A DNA stretch of 59,541 nt. It comes from a bacterium (lineage in GTDB: Bacteria; Bacillota_I; Bacilli_A; RFN20; CAG-288). How positions within the stretch are numbered: position 1 is the stretch's first letter; every line of letters begins with the position of its first letter. Below, piece after piece: positions 28,650 through 39,111 of the stretch. The stretch lies in contig CAVJFW010000004.1 in the NCBI GenBank assembly GCA_963648975.1, positions 1-59,541 of the forward strand. The letters are read 5' to 3'. The position numbers and the translations under genes were made by a program. The notes under the pieces were generated by a model. That model saw nothing but the letters and a program-made list of their open reading frames with translations, did not search any database and was not told the DNA's origin.

Positions 28650-29990
28650 TCAGTCAGCCAAGGTTCCGAATGGATCCCATGGAGGAAGAAGGGTCGGCTT
28701 TGTCTTTAGTGCCTCAAGCTCCATGTCGTTGAGATATTTCTTCTTGATGGCAACCTGATATACGAAGGAATCAAACCAACTGTCAGACATGACATAGTAT
28801 CCCTTGTTTCCGTTTTCGGAGCCCCAGGAATTCTCGATCTTGTATCTGTTTGGCTTACCGTCAATGAGGTTCACACCAGTGATGCACATGGCATGATTCA
28901 TCATGGAATTGGAATAGTCAAGCATATCTGCCTTGTCAAACTTGAAATCAATTCCATAGGTTGTCTTAAAATCAAAGGTCAGATCATTCCAGATTCCATT
29001 GGTTCTGTCTCCATAATAGGATACATCGGAACCGAACCATACGATTTCGTCATCCTTGAGCTGAGAGATGATGAGTTGCTTGATTCTTTCGAGTGGAAGA
29101 TTGAGATGCGTGATCGGCTTTCCGTCGATGACGTTGCCGACAAGCTCGATGTTATAGGTCTTATAGTATTCCTTGTCCTTTGTGGGTGCATGGATGATGG
29201 AGACATATTCATCGATTTCGGAACCGACATATTTGTCGAAGAAGGCTTTCGGTGTTAGGTCTTTTTCGATGTGATAGACATCCTTGTCATCGGTGTACTC
29301 GAAGTCAAATTCCTTCGGAGGAACACCAAATGCATTGGTAAGTAGATCATAGACCTTCTTCATGTATTCTCCTTTGAGTTCTTCCATCGCCTCATAACCG
29401 AGACCTTCTTCCTTCATCTTGCCGACCTCGGAAGCAAATCTGCGTATGTGGGAATTCAGAAGAATGCACGAAAAACGTGTGTTTTCAGACTGTGCTGTCT
29501 CAGGAAATGCACACTTTGGGACAATGCCGTATTTCTTTACGAGATCAACATACATATCCCATTGACCGCCATCGGAGACGCCCTGAAGAAGGAAGGCCAT
29601 CTTCCTGTCATCATGGACTCTGCCCTGAAGGGTGAGAAGAATGATGTTCTCAAGGTAATAATTGTATTTTTCAAGCTTGTCGAAATAGGAAATATAGTTC
29701 TGCGAAATCTCAAACTGATCCTTCACATGAAGCTTCTTATTGATGATTTCCCTCAAGATAGTGGAGGCAGAGAAAATCCAGCATCTTCCGCTTCTTTTCT
29801 GATTGGAGACAGGTAAAGTCTTCACATCGATGCTGAAAGTGAACTGACTTGAAGATGGTTTGTCCTGACAATGGACGATGTCATCCATTCCACATTTGCT
29901 GAGTGCATGTCTGATGATTGTGTTCTTCTCATCGGAAAGATATTCCTTTTCGAAGGAGGCGATATCCTGATTGGTGATGTTTTCTTTCAT
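28650..29990 (-). CDS. pepC: Aminopeptidase C (C1 / bleomycin hydrolase family)
   Basis: Start at ATG 29990 behind GAGGAG. QKRSGRCWIFSA (Cys), NHAMCITGV (His), ENSWG (Asn). Confidence 0.9.
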   Translation of the reverse strand: MKENITNQDIASFEKEYLSDEKNTIIRHALSKCGMDDIVHCQDKPSSSQFTFSIDVKTLPVSNQKRSGRCWIFSASTILREIINKKLHVKDQFEISQNYISYFDKLEKYNYYLENIILLTLQGRVHDDRKMAFLLQGVSDGGQWDMYVDLVKKYGIVPKCAFPETAQSENTRFSCILLNSHIRRFASEVGKMKEEGLGYEAMEELKGEYMKKVYDLLTNAFGVPPKEFDFEYTDDKDVYHIEKDLTPKAFFDKYVGSEIDEYVSIIHAPTKDKEYYKTYNIELVGNVIDGKPITHLNLPLERIKQLIISQLKDDEIVWFGSDVSYYGDRTNGIWNDLTFDFKTTYGIDFKFDKADMLDYSNSMMNHAMCITGVNLIDGKPNRYKIENSWGSENGNKGYYVMSDSWFDSFVYQVAIKKKYLNDMELEALKTKPTLLPPWDPFGTLAD

Positions 29991-30001
29991 TTTGTTCTCC
30001 T

Positions 30002-31339
30002 CTAGTCCATATACATCCAAAGTGTGTCAAACGGATCTGTTTCAAGTAATGGTGCATTGTCGTATTTCTCGAGAAGTTTTTCGGAAAGATATTTTCTGTT
30101 CACATAGATCTCATAGACATATTCCTCGAACCATTTGTCAGACATGACGAAGAATCCGTTCTTTCCGTTTTCCTTTCCCCAGGAATTTTCCACCTTCCAG
30201 CGGTTAGGCTTTTTGTTGACAAGATTGACACCGGTGAAGGTCATGGCATGATTGCAGAAGGAAGCTCTGTAGCTGAGTCTTTCCTTTTTGTTCAGATGAT
30301 AATCGATGTCAAAAAGTTCCTTTCTCATCAATATGCCATCGGCAAGTATGCCATCCTTTCTCAGGGACTGGGTGGAGACATCGGCACCAAACCAGACTGG
30401 CATGTTGTCCTTGAGAGAATCGATACAGGCTTTCTTCATCTCCGAGAGAGAGACATCGAAGAAGATGACAGGTGATCCGTCGATGACATTGTTGACCAGG
30501 GAACAGGTGTATTTTGTGTATTTCTCATGTCCTTCAAGTGGTCCATTGCAGAGTGGAACATAAGCTTCAAGATCCTCGGCGATATATTTGTCGTAGAATT
30601 CCTTTGGAGTGAGTCTGCCGAGACTGACATATTTGTTGTCCTTGTCAACATATTCATATTCGAAATCCTTGACCGGTGTGCCTAAGGAAATGGTAAGAAT
30701 ACGATAAATGTCGCTGAGATACTGCTTCTTTATCTTGTAGAGGTCCTTTTCTGACTTTCCTTTGGCTTTTGCGTTCCTTAGTTCGATCATGCCCTGAGCA
30801 AGATAGTTTGTAAGGACGCTGTTGAGCTCTGCCGTATCGACGCTTACGGCAAGGTCTGGCATTTCCGATAGCGGAACGACACCATATTTTTTCACGAGAT
30901 TGCTGAACATGACGAAATGTCCGCCATCACCCAAGGCGGAGTCAAGGATGAAGACATTGTTTCTGCTTCTGGAATCCTCAGAAGAGAGTTCCATCGCCTT
31001 TTCAAGGAAGAAATTGCTCTTTTCCAGTTTGTCATAGAACTGAAGATATGCCTGTGAAAGCTCTATGTTCTTCACATTGAGCTTTTTGAAGAGGATGGTT
31101 CTGATGACGTTGAGACCGGAGAACATCCAGCATCTTCCGCTTCTCTTCTGATTGCAGACCTCTCCGGCGTCGACATCGACGCTGAAGGTGAATTTCATCT
31201 CCCTGAGAAGATCCTTGTCGATACAGGAAGCGTTGATTCCGTTATTGGTGACGGAGGACTTCCTCAGAATGTAATCTGGATTGCTTCTGAAATCCTTTTC
31301 AAAGGATTCCAAATCAGATGAATTGATTTTCGTATTCAT
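30002..31339 (-). CDS. pepC: Aminopeptidase C paralog
   Basis: QKRSGRCWMFSG, NHAMTFTGV and ENSWG. The catalytic triad is intact. Confidence 0.9.
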   Translation of the reverse strand: MNTKINSSDLESFEKDFRSNPDYILRKSSVTNNGINASCIDKDLLREMKFTFSVDVDAGEVCNQKRSGRCWMFSGLNVIRTILFKKLNVKNIELSQAYLQFYDKLEKSNFFLEKAMELSSEDSRSRNNVFILDSALGDGGHFVMFSNLVKKYGVVPLSEMPDLAVSVDTAELNSVLTNYLAQGMIELRNAKAKGKSEKDLYKIKKQYLSDIYRILTISLGTPVKDFEYEYVDKDNKYVSLGRLTPKEFYDKYIAEDLEAYVPLCNGPLEGHEKYTKYTCSLVNNVIDGSPVIFFDVSLSEMKKACIDSLKDNMPVWFGADVSTQSLRKDGILADGILMRKELFDIDYHLNKKERLSYRASFCNHAMTFTGVNLVNKKPNRWKVENSWGKENGKNGFFVMSDKWFEEYVYEIYVNRKYLSEKLLEKYDNAPLLETDPFDTLWMYMD

Positions 31340-31495
31340 TTTTTTACCTCTTATTCGTTCGTTGACTAGTATAACATCTTAAATTAGTTAAGACTAATCA
31401 AAAAAACTCCATTCCGGATTTGCTGGCTGAATAAAGAATGGAAAGCGATTACATCGTGTCTGCTGACATATGGGATCAATGAAAATACCATTCTT

Positions 31496-31504
31496 TGGTA
31501 TAAT
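31496..31504 (+). promoter_or_regulatory. Extended -10 element TGGTATAAT, 8 nt upstream of the desulfurase ATG
   Basis: TGn-TATAAT at 31496-31504. There is no Shine-Dalgarno sequence before ATG 31513. Confidence 0.4.
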
Positions 31505-31512
31505 GTCCCAGT

Positions 31513-32628
31513 ATGATATTTTTGGATTATGCAAGCAATCATCCTGTGAGAACGGAAGTACTCGATGCCTTTTATGAGGCGGAGAGGAAATATTACGGGA
31601 ACGCAAATTCCCTGCATCCTTTGGGAAAGGAATCATTTTTGCATATCCAGGAAATCATTTTGGAGATGAAGAAGCTTCTCTTGCTTGACGAAAACCATGA
31701 AATCGAATTCACCTCCTCAGCCACGGAATCGAACAACATGGTCATCAAGGGTCTATATGAATCACATTCCGGGTATTCAGATCATTTCCTTTCGAGTGAA
31801 TTTGAGCATTCCAGCGTCAATTCCACTCTGGCCTACCTGAAGGACAAAGGTGCCCTTGTTGAAATGGTGAAGACGACCAGTAAGGGTAAGATGGATATTT
31901 TGGATCTGAAAAAGAAATGTGAGACTAAGCCCTTGCTTACCTGTCTGACCATGGTCGAAAGCGAAGTAGGTACCATTCAGGATTATGAAGAAGTGGCTGA
32001 TGTCATCCACCATAACGAGGATTCCTATCTTCTCCTTGATGCCACCCAGGCAGTAGGAAAGATACCTGTCGATTTCAACGTCTCAGATTTCACCTCCTTT
32101 GCTCCACATAAGTTTGGTGGAATCATCGGAACAGGAATATTGATCAGGAGAAAAGGCGTTCCTCTCACGCCTCTCATCCATGGTGGAAAGTCGATATCCA
32201 TCTATCGTAGCTCGACCCCATCTGTCGGACTTATCGAATCAAGTCACATGGCCTTGAAACTTGCGTTGCAGGAGATGGATGTCAATCGAAGAATCGTCAC
32301 TTCAAGAATGGAACTTTTGGTTTCTCTTCTAAGTAACAATCCACATGTGGTGATAAATTCTTTCCTTGAAAACCCATATATCATCAATATTTCCTACATG
32401 GATGAAAAAGCCATGGACGTCGTTTCCTATCTATCGGAACATGGTATCTGTGTATCACAGAAATCCGCATGTTCCATAACAAATACACCATCTAAGATCA
32501 TCAATGCCATCTATCATGACAAGAAGAGAGCCTCATCTTCCTTCCGCATCTCACTTTCCGAGATGACGAGCGAAGATGAAATATATGAGTTTGCCAAAGT
32601 ACTTGGAGAATATGAAAATGCAAGATAA
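31513..32628 (+). CDS. Cysteine desulfurase (NifS/IscS-like class V aminotransferase)
   Basis: PLP lysine context SFAPHKFGG. Catalytic Cys in QKSACS. Confidence 0.9.
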   Translation: MIFLDYASNHPVRTEVLDAFYEAERKYYGNANSLHPLGKESFLHIQEIILEMKKLLLLDENHEIEFTSSATESNNMVIKGLYESHSGYSDHFLSSEFEHSSVNSTLAYLKDKGALVEMVKTTSKGKMDILDLKKKCETKPLLTCLTMVESEVGTIQDYEEVADVIHHNEDSYLLLDATQAVGKIPVDFNVSDFTSFAPHKFGGIIGTGILIRRKGVPLTPLIHGGKSISIYRSSTPSVGLIESSHMALKLALQEMDVNRRIVTSRMELLVSLLSNNPHVVINSFLENPYIINISYMDEKAMDVVSYLSEHGICVSQKSACSITNTPSKIINAIYHDKKRASSSFRISLSEMTSEDEIYEFAKVLGEYENAR

Positions 32629-33607
32629 AGAAGACAAGAAAAAGGAAAAGAAGGATCTGACACCTGCCGAAATGGCAGAGCGTTCCCTCATCACGACTTA
32701 TAAATATCGCCTTTGGAGAAAATTCACCAAGGCCATCATCATCTATCAGTTGATTCAGCCAAATGACAAGGTCTGCGTATGCATTTCCGGTGGAAAGGAC
32801 AGCATGCTCATGGCCCTTCTTTTCAAGCATCTCCAGAAATATTCCTCCTTCCCGTTTGAAGTGGAATACCTCGTCATGAATCCTGGATATAACGAAATCA
32901 ATTTCCAGGTCATCAAGAATAATCTGAAACTCCTTGAAATTCCGGCTACCATCGTGAATACCGATATCTTTGACATTGCCAATTCCACGGACAGGAAACC
33001 GTGTTATCTCTGTGCAAAGATGAGACGAGGTGCCCTATATCGCATCGCAAAGGAAATGGGTTGCAACAAGATAGCCTTAGGTCATCATTACGACGATGTC
33101 ATTGAGACAACCTTGATGAACATGCTCAATGCCGGAAGTTTCCAGACCATGCTTCCCAAGCTTCATTCAGACCATTATCAGGGTATGGAAGTCATCCGTC
33201 CGATGTATCTCATCAGGGAAAAGGACATCATCGATTTCAAGAAGATGAATCATCTGACTTTCATTCAGTGCGCCTGCAGATTCACCGAGAACTGTTCCAT
33301 ATGTGACAACGGATCGGGTGGAAGCCAAAGGGCGAGAACCAAGAAGCTGATTCAGGATCTCATGAAGGATTATTCCCCTGTCGTGGAAAAGAACATCTTC
33401 CAGGCTGCGTCAAATGTCAATCTCGACATGATTCTCGGGTATAAGGAAAATGGTGTCGAACATGATTTTCTTGATGATTATGATGAAAAATCCAAGAAAA
33501 TCGATCAGGAAATAGAAGAAAGCGGAATCGAAGCCATATCACTGAGGAAGGCTGAGAGTGAACATAGAGCCTTAGAGAAGGACCTTACCTTCAAAAACGA
33601 CAAATAA
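32612..33607 (+). CDS. PP-loop ATPase, TtcA-like tRNA thiolation enzyme
   Basis: CISGGKDS PP-loop and CYLCAKMRR / CxxC cysteines. Start is 32612 or 32618 and overlaps the desulfurase stop. Confidence 0.8.
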   Translation: MKMQDKEDKKKEKKDLTPAEMAERSLITTYKYRLWRKFTKAIIIYQLIQPNDKVCVCISGGKDSMLMALLFKHLQKYSSFPFEVEYLVMNPGYNEINFQVIKNNLKLLEIPATIVNTDIFDIANSTDRKPCYLCAKMRRGALYRIAKEMGCNKIALGHHYDDVIETTLMNMLNAGSFQTMLPKLHSDHYQGMEVIRPMYLIREKDIIDFKKMNHLTFIQCACRFTENCSICDNGSGGSQRARTKKLIQDLMKDYSPVVEKNIFQAASNVNLDMILGYKENGVEHDFLDDYDEKSKKIDQEIEESGIEAISLRKAESEHRALEKDLTFKNDK

Positions 33608-33654
33608 ATCTTCCTGTTGGACAAAAAACGATTTCTTTGTGGTATAATCAAGCC

Positions 33655-34098
33655 ATGAAAAAATCGTTCTTTTTAATTTTGTTTCCCATCGTATTGTCTT
33701 CCTGTGGTCAAGCATCCATATCTGATGTCCTGGAGTCTGACAAGAAGGCAATTTTTGATGTGCAGGAAAATCAGTTCGTGGACACCAAGGAATATTTCTC
33801 CTCAAGGATCGAAAGAGAAAGCAAGGATGACAAATATATCTTCCGTTTTTCTCTCGATGATGCCAAAATGACGTTCCATTGTGTTAGGGTTCTTCTTGCC
33901 GATGAAGAAAAGAATACATTCTTCTTCGGATATAACGATGTTTCCTATACTCTCGTGGAGGAATCAAAGGACATGAATGAGAAAAAACATATCTATCATG
34001 GACTGAGAATCAGTTTTTCCCTGAAGGAGGAAATCTCTGTCATGAACGCATATTTTCATTCGGAAGAAAAAAGCTTTTTCTTCCGTGTATTCGCCTGA
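33655..34098 (+). CDS. Putative lipoprotein
   Basis: Start at ATG 33655 (MKKSFFLILFPIVLSSCGQ), a signal peptide with the lipobox LSSC. Confidence 0.7.
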   Translation: MKKSFFLILFPIVLSSCGQASISDVLESDKKAIFDVQENQFVDTKEYFSSRIERESKDDKYIFRFSLDDAKMTFHCVRVLLADEEKNTFFFGYNDVSYTLVEESKDMNEKKHIYHGLRISFSLKEEISVMNAYFHSEEKSFFFRVFA

Positions 34099-34116
34099 CA
34101 AGAAAGGAAATCAATC

Positions 34117-36261
34117 ATGGATATCAATAAAGTCATAGCCGATGAGCTGAAGCTCAACAAGGAAGGTGTCGACGCTGCAATCCAACTTCTCGATGAAGGG
34201 AATTCCGTTCCTTTCATCGCCCGTTACAGAAAGGAAGTGACTTTCGGTCTGACGGATGAGAATCTCCGTGACTTGGAGGAAAAGCTTCTTGCCTATCGCA
34301 ATCTGGAAGACAGGAAGAAGACCGTCTTCAAGTCTCTTGATGATCAGAACATCACCGATGAGGAACTGAGAAAGAAGATTCAGGATGCGATGACACTTTC
34401 CGAGGTGGAGGATCTCTATCGTCCATACAAACCAAAGAAGGTCACCCGTGCCTCCAAGGCCATCAAGGCAGGCCTCAAGCCACTTGCTGAATATATCCGC
34501 AATGACAGGACGGGTGGACTTGATGCCGAGGCTGAAAAATATGTCTGTGAGGAATATCCTGACAAAAAGAAATGCATACAGGGTGCTCTCGACATCATCG
34601 CCGAGGAAATCAGCGACAACACAAATTATCGTATCTTCATCAAGGATCTCGCCTATAGGAAAGGCCTTCTTACCAGCACCAAGATTGAAGGTGCCTTAGA
34701 TGCCACATATGACAACTACAAGGAATATTCAAGACGTATCAGCGATCTGAAATCCTATCAGGTCCTGGCTATCAACCGTGGTGTCGACAGAAAGGTGCTG
34801 ACAAGGAAATTCATCTTTGACGAAGAGGCAATTCTTGCCCATATCCGTCTTTTCGAGACACCGACGAAGACTCCCTACAAGGAACTGTTTGATGCAACTA
34901 CGCTTGATGCCTATGAAAGACTGATTTTCCCATCCGTATCCAATGATATCTTCTCTGATCTCATGGAGAAGGCCAGTGACAAGGCAATTGAGGAATTCAA
35001 GGTATCCTTGAAGGCTACCTTGCTCTATCCGCCTTTGAAGAACAAGCGTGTTTTGGGATTTGATCCTGGCTTCACCCATGGATGCAAGCTTGCCTTCATC
35101 GATGAGAACGGCAAGGTTCTTGATACATTGGTCCTGAAGGATCCGTTCCACTCCAATTACAACAAGGATGTTGCCCTGAAGGAACTGCATCGTCTCATCA
35201 TAAAGAATGGATGCTATACCATTGCCTTGGGTAACGGAACCGCCAGCAGGGAATCCCAGAAACTTCTTCAGGAACTCAAGGAGAAGAACTATGATCTCAA
35301 GGATTTGGTGATTTCCATCGTCTCGGAATCCGGAGCCTCCATCTGGTCAGCGACAAAGGATGCCCAGAATGAATTCCCGAATTTCGAACCGAACCTCAGA
35401 AGTGCCGTTTCCATTGCAAGAAGACTACAGGATCCTCTTGCCGAACTTGTCAAGATTCCGCCGGAAAGCATCGGAGTCGGGCAATATCAGTATGACATCG
35501 AGCCAAAGAAACTTTCCCAGGCGTTGCAGGGTGTGGTTGAGGATTGCGTCAACATGATCGGTGTGAATCTCAATACGGCATCCATGGCATTGCTCAGCTA
35601 TATTTCCGGTATTTCCAGTAAGATTGCCCAGAATATCGTGAAGTACAGGGAAGAAAACGGTGCCTTCAAGACAAGAAAGGAACTTCTCAAGGTCAGCGGA
35701 CTTGGTCCGAAAGCCTTTGAAAACTGCGCTGGTTTCCTTAGAATCGTCGATGGAAAGGAACCTCTTGACAACACAGCCGTCCATCCGGAATCCTATGACA
35801 TCGCAAAATCCGTTCTTGCCGGAATCAATGAAAAAGACCCGGCACTGCTCAAGGAAAAGCTGAAGGCACTTGACGATGAAAGCGTCAAGGGAATGGCCTT
35901 GAAACTGAATGTAGGCATTCCGACTCTGAAGGATATCATCCATGAACTGATTGCCCCTTCGAGAGACCCGAGAGAAAACATCCAGACAGCCAACCTTACC
36001 GATGGCGTAAATGACATCAAGGATCTTGCAAAAGGCATGATTCTCGAAGGTACGATCAGAAACGTCACAGGATTCGGATTCTTTGTCGACATCGGTGTTG
36101 AAATCAATGGCTTGGTCTATCTCAGTGAGATTGCCAACAGACGTGTGGAAGATCCACATGCCTATGGCAAACCGGGTGACATCGTCAAGGTCAAGGTCAT
36201 CGACATCGACATGACAAGAAAGAGGATTTCCCTTTCCATGAAGGGAATCAAGAAAGATTAA
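34117..36261 (+). CDS. tex: Tex-like transcription accessory protein (S1 domain)
   Basis: VPFIARYRKE N-terminus, YqgF-like core, HhH region, and a C-terminal S1 domain (GTIRNVTGFGFFVDIG). Confidence 0.93.
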   Translation: MDINKVIADELKLNKEGVDAAIQLLDEGNSVPFIARYRKEVTFGLTDENLRDLEEKLLAYRNLEDRKKTVFKSLDDQNITDEELRKKIQDAMTLSEVEDLYRPYKPKKVTRASKAIKAGLKPLAEYIRNDRTGGLDAEAEKYVCEEYPDKKKCIQGALDIIAEEISDNTNYRIFIKDLAYRKGLLTSTKIEGALDATYDNYKEYSRRISDLKSYQVLAINRGVDRKVLTRKFIFDEEAILAHIRLFETPTKTPYKELFDATTLDAYERLIFPSVSNDIFSDLMEKASDKAIEEFKVSLKATLLYPPLKNKRVLGFDPGFTHGCKLAFIDENGKVLDTLVLKDPFHSNYNKDVALKELHRLIIKNGCYTIALGNGTASRESQKLLQELKEKNYDLKDLVISIVSESGASIWSATKDAQNEFPNFEPNLRSAVSIARRLQDPLAELVKIPPESIGVGQYQYDIEPKKLSQALQGVVEDCVNMIGVNLNTASMALLSYISGISSKIAQNIVKYREENGAFKTRKELLKVSGLGPKAFENCAGFLRIVDGKEPLDNTAVHPESYDIAKSVLAGINEKDPALLKEKLKALDDESVKGMALKLNVGIPTLKDIIHELIAPSRDPRENIQTANLTDGVNDIKDLAKGMILEGTIRNVTGFGFFVDIGVEINGLVYLSEIANRRVEDPHAYGKPGDIVKVKVIDIDMTRKRISLSMKGIKKD

Positions 36262-36272
36262 GGAGTGAAACA

Positions 36273-36614
36273 ATGACATATTATTCAAACAGGAATTCCA
36301 ACAAAGGAAGTCTGAACATCGGTGATTTCGTCTTTTCCCAGATTGCGCAGGAGACTCTTGAGGAACTTGCCGGAGATGAGCTGAAGAATGCCATTTCCCT
36401 GAAACTCGTCAAGAACAGAAAGAATGTAAAGGTCGAAATCGACCATAACAAGGTCGTCGTCAACATCTTCTTCTCTGCGGTCAGGAATTCTGATGTCCAG
36501 AAGTCCGTCAACACCATCCAGACAGCAGTCTATGAAGCACTTAACGAAGCCACGGAAATCAATGACGTCAAAGTCAACGTATCCGTCGTAAGCTTCGTCG
36601 AAAATGATAAATAA
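36273..36614 (+). CDS. Asp23/Gls24 family envelope stress protein
   Basis: 113-aa protein with an Asp23-like pattern. Its position upstream of nusB matches Bacillus yqhY. Confidence 0.75.
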   Translation: MTYYSNRNSNKGSLNIGDFVFSQIAQETLEELAGDELKNAISLKLVKNRKNVKVEIDHNKVVVNIFFSAVRNSDVQKSVNTIQTAVYEALNEATEINDVKVNVSVVSFVENDK

Positions 36615-37176
36615 GATGAATCCGAAAGAAAGATATGAAAAGGACAGACGCATCTATGGCTATCTGTCCTCACTACCCATTGTCATAGCGATTGTCCATC
36701 TCTTCTTCACCCTCTTCTTCATGACCACGGTGAATTATCATGAGGATACCAACACATTCTCAAATCTCTATACATTGGGTGAGATGTTTTCATCCAGCGT
36801 CATGGCCGGTGTCCTTGTCGGTCTTAAGCCATCCTTATCCCTGATGAAATCGATACCTGGTCTTGCCGGCATTCTTTTCGGACTCGTGATGATTTTCCTC
36901 TCTTCCTTTGCCGTGAAGGGGAAGAAACTTTATTACTATCTTTCCATGGGTGTCTATGGACTGGATACCATCCTGACGATTCCGGCAATCGTCTTCTCCT
37001 ATGTTCTTGAGTCGAATGTCCATCTTCAGGTCTATGACATCATCATCATGATTCTCATGCATGTCATCTTCATGGGTCTGTTTGTCTATGGCATACATAT
37101 CGTAAAAAGACTTAACGACTATGAGGAGCAGAAAGCTCTTGAAGAATCAGAAATACACATCCAGAAAGGAAACTGA
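36604..37176 (+). CDS. Hypothetical membrane protein
   Basis: 190-aa ORF with about five hydrophobic helices. The start is uncertain (36604 or 36616). Confidence 0.6.
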   Translation: MINKMNPKERYEKDRRIYGYLSSLPIVIAIVHLFFTLFFMTTVNYHEDTNTFSNLYTLGEMFSSSVMAGVLVGLKPSLSLMKSIPGLAGILFGLVMIFLSSFAVKGKKLYYYLSMGVYGLDTILTIPAIVFSYVLESNVHLQVYDIIIMILMHVIFMGLFVYGIHIVKRLNDYEEQKALEESEIHIQKGN

Positions 37177-37180
37177 AACC

Positions 37181-37621
37181 ATGAAATGCTATACAAGAAA
37201 AGATGAAAGAGTGAAGACCATGCAGGCTTTTTATCAGGTTTTCATCAATCTGGAGGGAAAAAGTGATTTCGATGCCACGGAAGTCATCAATTCCATCTAT
37301 GGCGTAAATGATATCGATGGTGTTCCAAAGTTTTCCAAGGCCATTTATGCCTATGGGCTTGAACACATCGAGGAACTCGAAAAGGAAATCGAGGGACATC
37401 TTGTCGGTTGGACTTTTGACAGACTCGACGATGTCTGCAAAGCCATCCTTGTCGCCGGATCTGCTGAAGGCCTCTATGTCCGCCTGGCTCCAAGAAAAGT
37501 CGTCATCAACGAATGGGTCAACATCGCCAAGGATTTCCTGAAACTCAATGACCATAAGTTCGTCAATGCCGTTCTTGACAAGATGATCACTCCATACGAA
37601 TTCAATATCGAGAAAAAATGA
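37181..37621 (+). CDS. nusB: Transcription antitermination factor NusB
   Basis: Start at ATG 37181 (MKCYTRKDER...). VINEWVNIAKDF and FVNAVLDK motifs. Confidence 0.85.
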   Translation: MKCYTRKDERVKTMQAFYQVFINLEGKSDFDATEVINSIYGVNDIDGVPKFSKAIYAYGLEHIEELEKEIEGHLVGWTFDRLDDVCKAILVAGSAEGLYVRLAPRKVVINEWVNIAKDFLKLNDHKFVNAVLDKMITPYEFNIEKK

Positions 37622-38889
37622 ACATTCCTGCTCTTTCCGTCGGAGAGCTCTCTGATATCCTGACAAACTGCTTCAACAATCCGAGATTCTCCTCTCTTCA
37701 GGTCTATGGTGAGGTCTATTCCATAAGACTTGGGAAATTTTCCTATATCGAAATCGGCGACCAAGGGAAGAATCAATCCTCTTCCCCTCTTTTGAAATGT
37801 GCCTTTTCCTCATTCCAGAGATATCAGACATCATTATCTGACATCAAGGTCGGAGATGTCATAATGGTGACAGGGAAACTGAGCTATTATGCCCATGGCT
37901 CATCCATCACCCTTTGGGGAAATGAAGTTAGCATCCTTCAGTCACAGGAAGGAAAGACCCTTCTGGAGAAAAAGAAGACCCTTGAAAAACTTGATAAGCT
38001 AGGATATCTGACAAAGGAAAAGAAGAAAATTCCACAATATTGCAACAGAATTGCCATACTCACGGCCGAGACGGGAGCTGCCTATCAGGATATCCTGAAG
38101 ACGCTCCATGACCGGTTTCCCGTCTCGACGGATCTATATCCCGTCATCGTTCAGGGAGAGGGTGCTGCAAGAAGCATGGTCAAGGCTCTTTTGGAGGCAA
38201 ACACGAAAGATTATGACTGCATCCTTTTGGGAAGAGGCGGAGGAAGCAAGACGGATCTTTCCTGCTATGATGACGAAAAGCTCTGCCTTGCCATCGCTCA
38301 ATCCAGAATCCCCGTCATCACCTGCATTGGTCACACGATAGATACGGCGATAGCCGACAGGGTAAGTGACTATCAGGCCATCACGCCAACTGAAGGAGCA
38401 AGTCTCATCAATCCCTCTCTTTCCGATGTGAAAAGAAGAAGAGAGGATTACATATCCAATCTCAATCAGAGGATGAACGAGATTCTTCAGGAAAAAATCA
38501 GCGAACTTGCCTACCGTTATGAAAGACTACAGCTTCTTTCACCTTTGAATCATGTCAAGGAGGAGAAGGAAAAAATCATTTCAGCAAGAAAACAGATGAA
38601 GGTCCTCTATTCTTCCTCACTTGACAGAAAACTTCTTTCGTTAAGACAAAATGAGGAAAGAATGAGTCATCTGATGGAAATTCTCATTCAGAAAAAAAGA
38701 ATGAAAATCAATTCCTTCAAATCATTTTTGGACAAATATGACATGAAATCCATGGCTGAGAAAGGCTATGCAATGGTTTATAGGGACGGAGCGCTGATAA
38801 AAAGCAGCACCGAATTATCCGTAAATGACGAGATTACGATCACATATTATGATGGTAGGGTCAAAGCCACCATCAAGGAAGGAGAATGA
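37618..38889 (+). CDS. xseA: Exodeoxyribonuclease VII large subunit
   Basis: N-terminal OB fold, GRGGGS motif, 423 aa. ATGA overlaps on both sides. Confidence 0.92.
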   Translation: MNIPALSVGELSDILTNCFNNPRFSSLQVYGEVYSIRLGKFSYIEIGDQGKNQSSSPLLKCAFSSFQRYQTSLSDIKVGDVIMVTGKLSYYAHGSSITLWGNEVSILQSQEGKTLLEKKKTLEKLDKLGYLTKEKKKIPQYCNRIAILTAETGAAYQDILKTLHDRFPVSTDLYPVIVQGEGAARSMVKALLEANTKDYDCILLGRGGGSKTDLSCYDDEKLCLAIAQSRIPVITCIGHTIDTAIADRVSDYQAITPTEGASLINPSLSDVKRRREDYISNLNQRMNEILQEKISELAYRYERLQLLSPLNHVKEEKEKIISARKQMKVLYSSSLDRKLLSLRQNEERMSHLMEILIQKKRMKINSFKSFLDKYDMKSMAEKGYAMVYRDGALIKSSTELSVNDEITITYYDGRVKATIKEGE

Positions 38890-39110
38890 CGATGGCCGCA
38901 AAAAAGAATGCAGATGAATCCTTGTCAAAGAAGACTTATCAGGAACTTGAAGAGGAATCTGATAAGGTCCTTGAGCAGTTGCAGGATGATTCCTTGCCAC
39001 TTGATGAGAGAACCGCATTATACGAATATGGTAAGAAGGTCTACTCCGAAATGGAGAAGAGACTTGACGAATTGCAGAAGAAAGTGAGTGACAACGTCAT
39101 CAGAAACTGA
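38886..39110 (+). CDS. xseB: Exodeoxyribonuclease VII small subunit
   Basis: 74-aa helical protein directly after xseA. Confidence 0.85.
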   Translation: MTMAAKKNADESLSKKTYQELEEESDKVLEQLQDDSLPLDERTALYEYGKKVYSEMEKRLDELQKKVSDNVIRN

Positions 39111-39111
39111 T

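Noticed and set aside
35425-36288. 287-aa ORF antisense to tex
   Set aside because: It is a shadow ORF inside a well-supported gene, with low-complexity composition and no start context.
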